Below, one piece after another: positions 46,504 to 56,152 of a stretch of 64,000 nt of DNA. The number at the start of each line of letters is the position of its first letter. Position 1 is the first letter of the stretch. A program made the position numbers and the translations under genes. Location of the stretch: contig DASXKW010000011.1 of assembly GCA_036496625.1 (NCBI GenBank), positions 2,372 through 66,371 on the forward strand, given 5' to 3'. Source of the stretch: Solirubrobacterales bacterium (GTDB lineage: Bacteria; Actinomycetota; Thermoleophilia; Solirubrobacterales; 70-9). Under the pieces are notes generated by a model that had not been told where the DNA came from, did no database searches, and worked only from the letters and a program-made list of their open reading frames with translations.

Positions 46504-47035
46504 CCGCGGAACCCCCGGCCATAGGCGGTGCGGTCGGATCCCCACCCTCTTCGCCAAGGCTCTCCCGAGCGATGTAATCCTCGGCCAGCAGCAGGTTCTC
46601 CTTCGAACGCTCGACCACGTTCAGCAGGTCGCCCATCAGCGCGACCTCCTCGACCTGCTCCTTGACGAACCACTGCAGAAACTGCTCGGCCCGGTAGTCC
46701 TTGACCTCGCGCGCCAGCTCGAACAGGGCGAAGATCTCCTCGCTGACCCGCTTCTCCTGTTCGAGCGCCATCCGCACAGGGGCGCTGCCATCGGCGTAGG
46801 CTGTCTCCTGCGCCTTGATGTCGGGGATGTGAACCTCCTCGCCGACGTCGAGCAGGTGCTGGATCATCATCATCGCGTGCTCGCGCTCCTCCAGCGCCTG
46901 CCGGTAGAAGAAGGCAGCGAGTCGAGGCAGCGTTTCGACGTCGTAGTAGACCGCAGCCCCAACGTACTGCTGCGAGGCGGCGAACTCGTTGGCGATTTGC
47001 TCGTTGAGCGCGTCGGCGAAGCTTTTCTCGGCCAT
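46499..47035 (-). CDS. Ferritin (non-haem, Ftn-like)
   Basis: LNEQIANEFAASQQY..., EEREHAMMMIQHL diiron ligand pattern; Met at 47035. Confidence 0.85.
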   Translation of the reverse strand: MAEKSFADALNEQIANEFAASQQYVGAAVYYDVETLPRLAAFFYRQALEEREHAMMMIQHLLDVGEEVHIPDIKAQETAYADGSAPVRMALEQEKRVSEEIFALFELAREVKDYRAEQFLQWFVKEQVEEVALMGDLLNVVERSKENLLLAEDYIARESLGEEGGDPTAPPMAGGSAG

Positions 47036-47104
47036 CTTTCTTCTCCTTGCTCGGCGGCGGTCAGTCCGCAACGTAGCTGAAACCGCAAATTCGGCTAGCC
47101 GAAC

Positions 47105-47192
47105 GGGTGAGGATCGGGTGGCCCTCGAACCGGCGGATACTCAGAGCGGGCGAAGCCCGCGAGTCGGGGCGAGGGACGCCCGATCCTCACCC
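47105..47192. repeat. Nested-hairpin palindromic element P2
   Basis: ~23-bp outer stem (one wobble, one mismatch), core CCGGCGGATACTCAGAG, inner hairpin GCGGGC-GAA-GCCCGC. Confidence 0.8.
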
Positions 47193-48253
47193 TCGTCCCA
47201 CTGGAATCCGGTCGGTGTCAACTTTGGCTCCAGCGGACTGACCGGCAGCCCCGCTGGCGGCTCGGCTTCGTTGTAGCCGCGCGGCGCTGTGTCATTGGGG
47301 GTGTCGGGATGGAACAGCGAGGCGAGGACCTGGATCTGGCCGCGGCCGACCCCGAGCTCCCACTGGCCGCCGCCGTAGGCGCCGATGCCGCGCTCGGCGC
47401 AGTAGTCGTAGGTCTCGCAGAGCGCCCGCAGTCCGCCGATCCGCGAGGGCTTGATGTTGACCATCCTCGGCAGCCAGGGCAGCGCCTCGATGTCGGCGAT
47501 CGAATGGATCGGCGCGTCCCAGGTAAGGCGCTCCCGGACAGGCTCGAGGATAGGCCGGGTCTCGTCGTTGACGTCTGGGTCCTCGAGCCAGGCATCCGGG
47601 AAAGCCTGGATCAGCTTTGCGTAGAGCTCGGGGTCCGTTTCCACGTCGACCACGGTGCCCTTGTAGAAGCCCTTCAGGTCGAGTGAGTCGACGGCACCGG
47701 TCTCGACCAGCTCGGCGACCAGCTCGTCCGTCCAGTCGTTGACCGGGTCGAGCTTGAAGCGAAGATCGGGGTAGCGATCGAGCTTGCGGCGCAGCGGCGC
47801 GAGCAAGGAGGGGCCTTCGCCTTCGGGCGGCGCCAGCCGCATCGAGGCGACGAAGTTGACCGGCCGCGGCTCGTGGCCGATGACCTCGGCGAGACCCTTG
47901 CCTGCCTGGCGCAGAGCCAGGTCAAGGGCTGCGGACTCGAAGGCCCATCGCCTATAGAGGCGCGAAACGTCGCGCTGCGGCTCCTCCGAGAACGTATCGA
48001 GATCGCCCATCAGCCGGCAGAACTCGCCAAGCGTCGAGAAGCCGGTGATGTCGAGGTTCGGCCCGGCATCCTGAAAGGCGATGTGGTCGACAGCGTCGTA
48101 GGTGACGTCCTCGCCCAGTCCGTCTTCGCCGCTGCCCCACATGTGGATCACCGTGCACAGCCGTTCGAAACCGGGCAGGTTCAACTCCAGGGGCTGCAGC
48201 TCATACCCCTCGATCTCCAGCGGCAAGTCGGCAAGAGCGTCGAAAGTGGACAC
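47141..48253 (-). CDS. Enolase-superfamily-like protein (MR/MLE C-terminal domain-like)
   Basis: NIKPSRIGGLRALCETYDYCAERGIGAYGGG resembles the enolase-superfamily barrel end; GTG 48253 chosen because upstream ORF sequence is palindrome P3; function tentative. Confidence 0.5.
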   Translation of the reverse strand: MSTFDALADLPLEIEGYELQPLELNLPGFERLCTVIHMWGSGEDGLGEDVTYDAVDHIAFQDAGPNLDITGFSTLGEFCRLMGDLDTFSEEPQRDVSRLYRRWAFESAALDLALRQAGKGLAEVIGHEPRPVNFVASMRLAPPEGEGPSLLAPLRRKLDRYPDLRFKLDPVNDWTDELVAELVETGAVDSLDLKGFYKGTVVDVETDPELYAKLIQAFPDAWLEDPDVNDETRPILEPVRERLTWDAPIHSIADIEALPWLPRMVNIKPSRIGGLRALCETYDYCAERGIGAYGGGQWELGVGRGQIQVLASLFHPDTPNDTAPRGYNEAEPPAGLPVSPLEPKLTPTGFQWDEGEDRASLAPTRGLRPL

Positions 48254-48269
48254 GGCGGCAAGTCTAGGG

Positions 48270-48345
48270 GGAGGGAAGGGCGTGCCTCTCAGGACACTCA
48301 AGAGCGGCTCCTGCCGCTCGTCCTGAGAGGCACGCCCTTCCCTCC
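48270..48345. repeat. Nested-hairpin palindromic element P3
   Basis: Perfect 25-bp outer stem (48270-48294 / 48321-48345), core GACACTCAAGAG, inner hairpin GAGCGGC-TCCT-GCCGCTC. Confidence 0.8.
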
Positions 48346-48362
48346 TGCAACACTCGTCTCCC

Positions 48363-49760
48363 ATGAAGCACGATGCCCATGGGTACTGGCTGGAGGAGGC
48401 ACCGGCCGTGGAGGTTGCTCCGGAGCTTGCGGGTGAGCGGAGCGCCGACATTGTGATCGTGGGTGGTGGCTACACCGGAATGTGGGCAGCTTGGCATGTG
48501 AAGCAGCTTGAGCCCGAGGCTTCGGTGGCTTTGCTCGAGGCGGATCGGTGTGGGTTCGGGCCGAGTGGGCGGAATGGGGGGTTCTGCAACCTGATGTGGT
48601 TCTCGTTGCCGAACATGCGGGAGCGCTGGGGAGACGCCTGGGCGTTGGATGTGGCTCGAGCGGCGGAAGAGGCTGCAGTTGGAATCGGGGAGTTCTGCGA
48701 GAGCGAGGGGGTCGATGCTTGGCACACGCGTGGGGGATACCTGCAGGTCTCTACCGCGGAGGCCCACGATGCCGTTTGGGAGAAGGCGCTCGATGCCTGT
48801 CGGGAGCTTGGTGCCGAGGATGCGATCCAACCGCTCTCGGCGGCGCAGGTGGCGGAGCGCTGTGCCTCGCCTGCGTTTCGGGGCGGGGCCTTTTACCCAA
48901 AGGCGGCGACCGTGCAGCCGGCGCGGCTGGCGCTCGGTTTGCGCGAGCGGTTGCGGGCGGGCGGGGTCGAGATATATGAGCGCTCGCCGGTGAGGAGGGT
49001 TGCCGGGTCCTGGTCAGGCGTGGAGGCGCACACCGCCGGAGGCATCGTGCGGGCGCAGCGCGCCGTGCTCGCGGTCGGCGCCGCGGCCAAGTCCGCCGGC
49101 GGGCCGCTGCACAACCGGCTCTCCGTCGCCTCCTCCCACATCGTCCTCACCGAGCCGGTGCCGGAGTTGCTCAGGCAGATCGGCTGGACGGGGGGCGAGT
49201 GCATCACTGACAGCCGCGCTTTGATCAACTACTTTCGCACCACCCGCGATGGCCGTATCGCCTTCGGCTGGGGTGGCGGCCACATCGCGATGGGAGCCCG
49301 CCTGCACGGCAACAGCGAGATAGACGCCGAGGTCGCCTCCCGCGCCGCCGTCCACCTCTGGGATTACTTCCCCGGCCTCGAGGGCAAGGCCCTGACCCAC
49401 GCCTGGGGAGGCCCGATCGACGCCTCGCCGACCCACCTTCCCCTGGTGCTGCCCCTGCGCGGCAACCGCGCTTTCGCCGCCGCCGGCTACACCGGCAACG
49501 GAGTGGGCCCCTCCCACATGGTCGGCCGAACCCTTGCCTCTCTAGCTCTCGACCACAACGACGAGCATTCCAATCTCGCCTTCGTAGATCCTTCTCCGCC
49601 CAACGTCCCTCCCGAGCCGTTCCAATGGATTGGCGGCGAAGCGATCCGAGCCGGACTGATCCGCAAGGAGAATGCAGAGCTATCGGGCCGCAGGCCTGAC
49701 CCAGTCAGCTCTCTCCTGGCCCGCATCCCAGAGCTGATCGGCTTCCATATCGGCAGGTAG
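48363..49760 (+). CDS. FAD-dependent oxidoreductase (DAO family; gamma-glutamylputrescine-oxidase-like)
   Basis: DIVIVGGGYTGMWAA FAD fold, DAO-like length. Confidence 0.85.
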   Translation: MKHDAHGYWLEEAPAVEVAPELAGERSADIVIVGGGYTGMWAAWHVKQLEPEASVALLEADRCGFGPSGRNGGFCNLMWFSLPNMRERWGDAWALDVARAAEEAAVGIGEFCESEGVDAWHTRGGYLQVSTAEAHDAVWEKALDACRELGAEDAIQPLSAAQVAERCASPAFRGGAFYPKAATVQPARLALGLRERLRAGGVEIYERSPVRRVAGSWSGVEAHTAGGIVRAQRAVLAVGAAAKSAGGPLHNRLSVASSHIVLTEPVPELLRQIGWTGGECITDSRALINYFRTTRDGRIAFGWGGGHIAMGARLHGNSEIDAEVASRAAVHLWDYFPGLEGKALTHAWGGPIDASPTHLPLVLPLRGNRAFAAAGYTGNGVGPSHMVGRTLASLALDHNDEHSNLAFVDPSPPNVPPEPFQWIGGEAIRAGLIRKENAELSGRRPDPVSSLLARIPELIGFHIGR

Positions 49761-49857
49761 AGGACGGGGGTGTCCCTCGGACTGGCGGATACTCAAAGTC
49801 GTCGCGCTCACCAGCGCGACGACTTGTCAGGCCGAGGGACACCCCCGTCCTCTACCT
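49755..49857. repeat. Nested-hairpin palindromic element P4
   Basis: Perfect 26-bp outer stem (49755-49780 / 49832-49857); interior nearly identical to P1; both flanking stop codons lie at or inside the arms. Confidence 0.85.
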
Positions 49858-50275
49858 ATGACTTGGCAGGAACCACAAGCACCGGCCGCTCGGCCAGGTG
49901 CAGCAGCTTGTTAGGCGTCGAGCCTAGGATCACGCCCTTGAGCGGCGGATCCCCATAGCTGCCGACGACGATCATCCGGGCGTCGTGGGCCTCCGCGACC
50001 TCGACCAGCGCGTCGGTCCCCCGCTTCGGGACCATCTCGATCTCAGCGCTGACACCGCCCTCGGCGGCCCGGCGCTTGGCCTCGCCCATCACCCTGTCGC
50101 CGAACTCCTCGATCGCTTTCTCGTGGTCGGAGATCTCACCGCCCCAGAGCCCCGGGGGGGCGTAGCCGAAGACGACCACGACGCTGTCGCCGAGGCCCTT
50201 GGCCAGCTCGACCGCCGCGTCGAGCGCCGTGTTGCTGCAGTCCGAACCGTCATATCCGACGACTATCGCTCCCAC
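49856..50275 (-). CDS. Universal stress protein
   Basis: IVVGYDGS..., MIVVGSYG...GSTPNKLLHLAERPVLVV. Confidence 0.85.
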   Translation of the reverse strand: MGAIVVGYDGSDCSNTALDAAVELAKGLGDSVVVVFGYAPPGLWGGEISDHEKAIEEFGDRVMGEAKRRAAEGGVSAEIEMVPKRGTDALVEVAEAHDARMIVVGSYGDPPLKGVILGSTPNKLLHLAERPVLVVPAKS

Positions 50276-50276
50276 C

Positions 50277-51833
50277 TCAGACTCCCTCCGTTCCGGTCGG
50301 GCCGGGTGGCGCGGCTTCGCCCTCGAGGAAGCCGGCGGGCACCACCTCCGGGCGCCGGCGGAAGAAGGCCGGGACCTTGCGCCATTGGATCATCATCAGG
50401 AAGACCCCGAGGATGAGGAAGAAGACCGCGATCACCAGCGGCGGGCCGATCCCGAACCAGGAGTTGCCCGATTCCGAGTTGGCCGGATTGGAGAGTTCGA
50501 TCCCGTTCTTGATCAGCAGGTAGAAGAGGATCAGGCCGCCGACGGTCGGGCCGACGCCGATGAAGAAGAAGTTCTTGACGCTGCGCATCAGCTCGCGCCG
50601 GTAATAGATGGTGCAGGCAAAGCCGGTGATGCCGATGTAGAAGGCGATCATCAGGCCGAGCGCGGCGAGCGAGTCGAAGAGGATGTCTTCGCTGAAGATC
50701 GTCAGGCCGACGTACCAGACGATCGACAGCGCTCCCATCAGGATCGTCGAGATGTGCGGCGTCAGGTAGCGGGGGTGGACCTTGCCGAGGCTCTCCGGCA
50801 GGGCGTGCGCCCGGGCCATCGAGAGCGTCGTTCGGGCGGTTGGCAGGATGGTGGTCTGGGTCGAGGCCGCGGCCGAGGACAGCACCGCGATGATCAGCAG
50901 CTTGTCCAGCGGCGAGCCGAACACTTCGGTGCCCAGCGAGCTGAGCACGTCTTCCTGGTTTTCGACCAGGGTGTGGACGCCGGCATAGGCTTGCGCCGCC
51001 ACTGCGACGATCAGGTAGATGGCGAGCAGGATCAGGGTGCTGACCACCGTCGCCTTGCCCGGCGCCTCACCGGGATCCTCGGTCTCCTCGTTGACCGTCG
51101 CCGTCGTGTCCCAGCCCCAGTAGATGAAGACCGCTAGCAGCATCCCGGCTGAGATCTCAGTGGGGCTCAGCGAGAAGGGATTGATCCACGACAGGGCCGG
51201 GTGGATCGAGCCGGAAGGCGCGCTGCCCCCGTAGACCTTGATCAGCGCCACGACAGCGAACAGCGCCAGGGTGAAGAGCTCAGCGGCGAGCAGCCCCACC
51301 TGGGTGCGGGCGGAGAGCTCGATCCCGATCACGACGATCGCCGTCATCACCACGATCCAGAGGACGCCTACCGCGGTCACCGCGACCGTCGAGGAAGCCG
51401 CCGAGCTCCAGCCGAAGAGCAGGAAGGTGTAGAGGCCGGCGATCTGGGCCAGGTTGGCCATCACGATCACGTCGGCGACGACGATCGCCCAGCCGGCGAG
51501 CCAGCCGAGCTGCGGCCCCATCGCCCTGGTCACCCAGGAGAAGCTGGTGCCGCAGTCCGGGTCGGCCTTGTTCATGTAGTAGTAGCCCCCCGCGACGAGG
51601 AACATCGGGATGAAGCTGATCAGCAGGATTGCCGGCGACTGCAGGGCGACGGCGGCGGCGACGAAGCCCAGCGTGGCGGCGAGGCTGTAGCCGGGCGCCG
51701 TCGATGCGACCCCGATCACGACGCTGGAGACGAACCCGATCGCGTTCTTCTTCAGTCCCTTGTCGGCGGTGCTGCCGGCGGGCGGCGCGACGGGATCTTG
51801 CGAACCTGGAGCGGGAACCGCTGCGCTCTCCAT
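50277..51833 (-). CDS. APC-family amino acid/polyamine permease
   Basis: ~12 TM, LKKNAIGFVSSVVIGVASTAPGYS N-terminal signature; Met at 51833. Confidence 0.85.
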   Translation of the reverse strand: MESAAVPAPGSQDPVAPPAGSTADKGLKKNAIGFVSSVVIGVASTAPGYSLAATLGFVAAAVALQSPAILLISFIPMFLVAGGYYYMNKADPDCGTSFSWVTRAMGPQLGWLAGWAIVVADVIVMANLAQIAGLYTFLLFGWSSAASSTVAVTAVGVLWIVVMTAIVVIGIELSARTQVGLLAAELFTLALFAVVALIKVYGGSAPSGSIHPALSWINPFSLSPTEISAGMLLAVFIYWGWDTTATVNEETEDPGEAPGKATVVSTLILLAIYLIVAVAAQAYAGVHTLVENQEDVLSSLGTEVFGSPLDKLLIIAVLSSAAASTQTTILPTARTTLSMARAHALPESLGKVHPRYLTPHISTILMGALSIVWYVGLTIFSEDILFDSLAALGLMIAFYIGITGFACTIYYRRELMRSVKNFFFIGVGPTVGGLILFYLLIKNGIELSNPANSESGNSWFGIGPPLVIAVFFLILGVFLMMIQWRKVPAFFRRRPEVVPAGFLEGEAAPPGPTGTEGV

Positions 51834-52052
51834 CTGTCTCCTTCCGTCGTTTCGCTGGGTCCTGTCCGCAGCGACAGCTTGAAAGTAGGACCGCCAGCCG
51901 TTTTGCACAAGTGGCAGATGTCCCAAAAGCCAGGCATTGACTTATACGCTTGGTACAAGTCATTGCCTCGGACTTGCCCCGGTGAACATTGCATGTGCGC
52001 TATACCAGTTCTAGCGTTGTCCATATAGTCGTAGGCACGAGAGGAGATTGAG

Positions 52053-53438
52053 ATGGCCGTTGCATCGAGCCCGGGCACACAGGTCGGGGCCGGCCTGCAG
52101 GAGCTTGCCCAGCGCCATCTCTGGATGCACTTTTCGCGGATGGGCTCTTATGGCCCCGACCACGAGATCCCGATCATCACCCGCGGCGAGGGCTGTTACG
52201 TCTACGACGATCACGGCAAGCGCTACCTCGACGGCCTCTCCGGCCTCTTCTGCGTCAATGCCGGCCACGGCCGCGCGGAGTTGGGCGAAGCGGCCGCGCG
52301 CCAGGTCGAAGAGCTCGACTTCTACACGCTCTGGAGCTACGCCCACCCCCGCGCGATCGAACTCGCCGCCCGGCTTGCCTCGTTCGCCCCCGGCGACCTC
52401 AACCGGGTCTTCTTCACCTCCGGCGGCTCGGAGTCGGTCGAGTCGGCGCTGAAGCTGGCCCGCAACTACCACCGCGCGCTCGGCAAGGGCCAGAAGCACA
52501 AGGTGATCGCCCGTGAGATCGCCTACCACGGCACCTCGCTCGGCGCCCTCTCCGCGACCGGCATTACCGAGCTGCGCTCCCAGTTCGAGCCGCTCGTCCC
52601 CGGCGGCTGTCACGTCCCCAACACCAACATCTACCGCTGGCCGGAAGACCGCCATCCGCTCTGGGCGGCGACCGCGATCGAGGAGCGGATCCAGTTCGAG
52701 GGCCCGGAGACCGTCGCCGCGGTGATCCTCGAGCCGGTCCAGAACGCCGGCGGCTGCATCGTTCCGCCGGACGGCTACTTCGAGCGCGTGCGCGAGATCT
52801 GCGACCGCTACGACGTGCTGATGATCTCCGACGAGGTGATCTGCGCCTGGGGACGGCTCGGCCACTACTTCGGCTGCGAACGCTTCGGCTACGTCCCCGA
52901 CATCATCACCGTCGCCAAGGCGCTGACCTCGGCCTATGCCCCGATGGGCGCCCTGATCGCCTCCGATGCCGTCGCATCGCCGTTCATGCAGGGCGACGCC
53001 TCCTTCTCCCACGGCTTCACCTTCGCCGGCCACCCGCTGGCCTCGGCGATGGCGATGGCCAACCTCGACATCTTCGAGCGGGAGGACCTCTGCGGCCATG
53101 TGCTTGCCAAGGAGGCCGAGTTCCGCGCGATGCTGGAGACCCTGTGCGACATCCCGATCGTCGGGGACGTTCGTGGCGCCGGCTACTTCCAGGCGATCGA
53201 GCTTGTCAAGGACCGCGAGACCAAAGAGAGCTTCGACGAGGAGGAGTCCGAGGACCTGCTGCGGGGCTTCCTCTCCGGCGAGCTGTACAAGCGCGGCCTG
53301 ATCTGCCGCGCCGACGATCGCGGCGATCCGGTGGTCCAGCTGGCGCCGCCGCTGATCGCGGACACGGAGCAGTTCGAAGAGATCCACGACGTCCTGCGCG
53401 ATGTGCTCAGCGAGGCCTGGGAGCGGGTCCGCAGATAG
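52053..53438 (+). CDS. Class III (omega) aminotransferase, PLP-dependent
   Basis: FTSGGSESVESALK, ISDEVICAWGRLG, TVAKALTSAY (PLP Lys context); GAGAGGAG RBS. Confidence 0.9.
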   Translation: MAVASSPGTQVGAGLQELAQRHLWMHFSRMGSYGPDHEIPIITRGEGCYVYDDHGKRYLDGLSGLFCVNAGHGRAELGEAAARQVEELDFYTLWSYAHPRAIELAARLASFAPGDLNRVFFTSGGSESVESALKLARNYHRALGKGQKHKVIAREIAYHGTSLGALSATGITELRSQFEPLVPGGCHVPNTNIYRWPEDRHPLWAATAIEERIQFEGPETVAAVILEPVQNAGGCIVPPDGYFERVREICDRYDVLMISDEVICAWGRLGHYFGCERFGYVPDIITVAKALTSAYAPMGALIASDAVASPFMQGDASFSHGFTFAGHPLASAMAMANLDIFEREDLCGHVLAKEAEFRAMLETLCDIPIVGDVRGAGYFQAIELVKDRETKESFDEEESEDLLRGFLSGELYKRGLICRADDRGDPVVQLAPPLIADTEQFEEIHDVLRDVLSEAWERVRR

Positions 53439-53446
53439 GCCCCCGG

Positions 53447-55003
53447 ATGCTCACCGTCCAAAGCCTGCTCGATGAGCTCGATCTGGGGCTCGCGGCCGGC
53501 ACGCACGCGGCCGAGGCGCCGGTGCGGTGGGTGCACATCTCCGAGCTCGAGGACCCGACCCCGTGGCTCTCGGGGGGTGAGCTGATGCTGACGACTGGGA
53601 TCCCGCTGACGACGGCGGCCAAGCAGCGTGCCTTCGTCGGGCTGCTTGCCGACCATAACCTCGCCGGACTCGGCTTCGGCACCGGCTTCAACCACGACAA
53701 GATTCCGAAAGCGCTGGTCGACGAGGCGAAGAAGCGCGACTTCCCGCTCTTCGAGGTCCCCTACTCGACCCCGTTCATCGCGATCACCGAGAAGGCCTTC
53801 GCGCGCCTCGTCAACGAGCAGTACGAGGTCCTCCAGCGCGGCATCGCCGTGCAGCGCCGGCTCGAGCGCCTGGTCCTCGAAGAGCGCGGCCTGGAGGAGA
53901 TCGTCGCGACGATCTCCTCCGCCGTTGGCGGCACGGTGGCGATCCTCGGCGGCCGCGGCGAGCGCCTTGCCGGTCGCGGCTTCCGCCGCCAGCTCTCGGC
54001 CGAGGCAGTCAAGGCGATCCGCGCGGAAGCGCTCTCGCACACCGCCGACGGGCACCCCTTCGTCCCCGCTCACCCGGCGGTGGCCGGCCGTGCCCTCGCC
54101 CATCCGGTGATCTCCCCCGGTGGCGGTCCGCCGCAGGCCTGGGTGGTGATCGTCCGCGACTCGGGTGGGCTCGGCGACTTCGAGCGGCTGATCCTCCAGC
54201 AGGCGGTCGCCGTCGTCGCCCTGGAGCTGATGCGCCGCCGCGTCGCCAGCGAGACCGAGCGCCGCCTCGCCGGCGACGTCCTCGCTGGGGCGCTGGGGGG
54301 GCGCCTCGAGCCTTCCGAGCTGCGCCGGCGCCTCGAGCCCTTCGGCATCGGCGACGAGGCGGCGGTGCTTGTCTTCGACGTCGACGATCCCGTCGCCGCC
54401 GAGTCGGTGCTGGAGCGGGCGCTGGCTGCCGATGCCTGTCCGGCGGTGGTCGCCCCCCACGCCAGCGGTCGCCGCGAGCTGCTCTGCGCGGTCGTCGACG
54501 CGGCCGATCGCGACCCGGTCGATCTGGCCGCCGACGCGCGAAAAGCGCTCACCGTCGACCGTGGGGTCGTCCGCGCCGCGGCCAGCCGACCGGCGCCGCC
54601 GGAGAACCTGCGCCACTCCTTCCACGAGGCGCGCTGCGCTCTCGAGGCGACGGCGATCGGCAACGGCAGCGCCCCCGAGGTCGCCTCCTGGAAGGACCTC
54701 GGCGCCTTCACCCTGCTGCTCTCGATCCAGGACGACGAGGCGCTGAAGCTCTACTGCGACAGCGTCCTCGGCCCGATCGAGGAGGGCGACGAGGAGTACG
54801 GCGGCGAGCTGCTGCGCTCGCTGGAGGCCTTCATCGAACAGAACGGGCAGTGGGAGAAGGCCGCCCGCGAGGTCTACTGCCACCGCCACACGCTGCGCTA
54901 CAGGATGCGTCGCGTCGAGGAGCTGACCGGGCGCGACCTCTCGCGCGCCCACGACCGGATCGAGTTCTGGCTGGCGCTGCGAGCGAGGGAGCTGGTGACG
55001 TGA
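53447..55003 (+). CDS. PucR-family transcriptional regulator
   Basis: N-terminal PucR-like sensor region, C-terminal HTH YCHRHTLRYRMRRVEELTGRDL. Confidence 0.85.
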   Translation: MLTVQSLLDELDLGLAAGTHAAEAPVRWVHISELEDPTPWLSGGELMLTTGIPLTTAAKQRAFVGLLADHNLAGLGFGTGFNHDKIPKALVDEAKKRDFPLFEVPYSTPFIAITEKAFARLVNEQYEVLQRGIAVQRRLERLVLEERGLEEIVATISSAVGGTVAILGGRGERLAGRGFRRQLSAEAVKAIRAEALSHTADGHPFVPAHPAVAGRALAHPVISPGGGPPQAWVVIVRDSGGLGDFERLILQQAVAVVALELMRRRVASETERRLAGDVLAGALGGRLEPSELRRRLEPFGIGDEAAVLVFDVDDPVAAESVLERALAADACPAVVAPHASGRRELLCAVVDAADRDPVDLAADARKALTVDRGVVRAAASRPAPPENLRHSFHEARCALEATAIGNGSAPEVASWKDLGAFTLLLSIQDDEALKLYCDSVLGPIEEGDEEYGGELLRSLEAFIEQNGQWEKAAREVYCHRHTLRYRMRRVEELTGRDLSRAHDRIEFWLALRARELVT

Positions 55004-56148
55004 AGGTCGGCGTCCCGAGGGAGGTCAAGCCCGCCGAGTACCGGGTCGCGATCACGCCGGCCGGAGTCCGCGAGATGGTCGAACACGGTCATGAGGTGTT
55101 GATCGAGACCGGCGCCGGAGAGGGAAGCGCGATCGCCGACGCCGACTTCGAGGCCCAGGGTGCCCGCATCGCGCCTGAGGCCGCCGCCCTCTTCGGCGAG
55201 GCGGAGATGGTGCTGAAGGTGAAGGAGCCCCAGGCGCCCGAGGTCGCGATGCTGCGCCCCGGTCAGCTGCTCTTCACCTATCTCCACCTGGCCCCCGACC
55301 CCGAGCTGACCCACGGCCTGCGCGACTCCGGCGCGACCTGCATCGCCTATGAGACCGTCGAGGACGCCCGCGGCCGTCTGCCGCTGCTGGCGCCGATGAG
55401 CGAGATCGCCGGCAAGATCGCCACCCAGGCCGGCGCCTTCATGCTCGAGAAGCCGCTCGGCGGCCGCGGCATCCTGCTTGGCGGCGTCCCCGGCGTCGCC
55501 GCCGCCAACGTGATGGTGATCGGCGGCGGCGTGGTCGGCATGAACGCCGCCTTCATCGCGATCGGGATGGAGGCCGACGTCTTCGTCTTCGACAAATCGA
55601 TCGACCGGCTGCGCGAGCTCGAGGTCGACTTCGCCGGACGCTGCTCGACCGTGTTCTCGACCACGCTGGCGGTCGAAGAGATGCTGCCGAGCGCCGACCT
55701 CGTGATCGGCGCCGTCCTCGTCCACGGTGCCCGCGCGCCTTTCGTCGTCCGCCGCGAGCAGCTGGCGCTGATGAAGCCCGGCGCGGTGCTGGTCGACGTC
55801 GCGATCGACCAGGGCGGCTGCTTCGAGACCTCGCGACCGACGACCCACCAAGACCCGACCTTCGAGGTCGACGGGATCATCCACTACTGCGTCGCCAACA
55901 TGCCCGGCGCGGTGCCGATCACCTCGACCCACGCGCTCACCAATGCCACGCTGCCCTATGCGATCGCCCTCGCCGACGACGGAGTCGCCGGAGCGATCCG
56001 GCGCGACCCGGGCCTGCGACTAGGAATCAACGTCGCCGCGGGAGCGGTCACCCACCCGGCAGTGGCCGAAGGCGTCGGCACGAGCTGCACTCCGGTCGAG
56101 GAGGCGCTTGAGCTCGACAGGGCCGAAACAACCAAGCTAGGAGGCTGA
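55000..56148 (+). CDS. ald: Alanine dehydrogenase
   Basis: (V)[34 protein letters not shown] Rossmann motif; GTG overlaps the pucR stop. Confidence 0.9.
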   Translation: MKVGVPREVKPAEYRVAITPAGVREMVEHGHEVLIETGAGEGSAIADADFEAQGARIAPEAAALFGEAEMVLKVKEPQAPEVAMLRPGQLLFTYLHLAPDPELTHGLRDSGATCIAYETVEDARGRLPLLAPMSEIAGKIATQAGAFMLEKPLGGRGILLGGVPGVAAANVMVIGGGVVGMNAAFIAIGMEADVFVFDKSIDRLRELEVDFAGRCSTVFSTTLAVEEMLPSADLVIGAVLVHGARAPFVVRREQLALMKPGAVLVDVAIDQGGCFETSRPTTHQDPTFEVDGIIHYCVANMPGAVPITSTHALTNATLPYAIALADDGVAGAIRRDPGLRLGINVAAGAVTHPAVAEGVGTSCTPVEEALELDRAETTKLGG

Positions 56149-56152
56149 CCAG

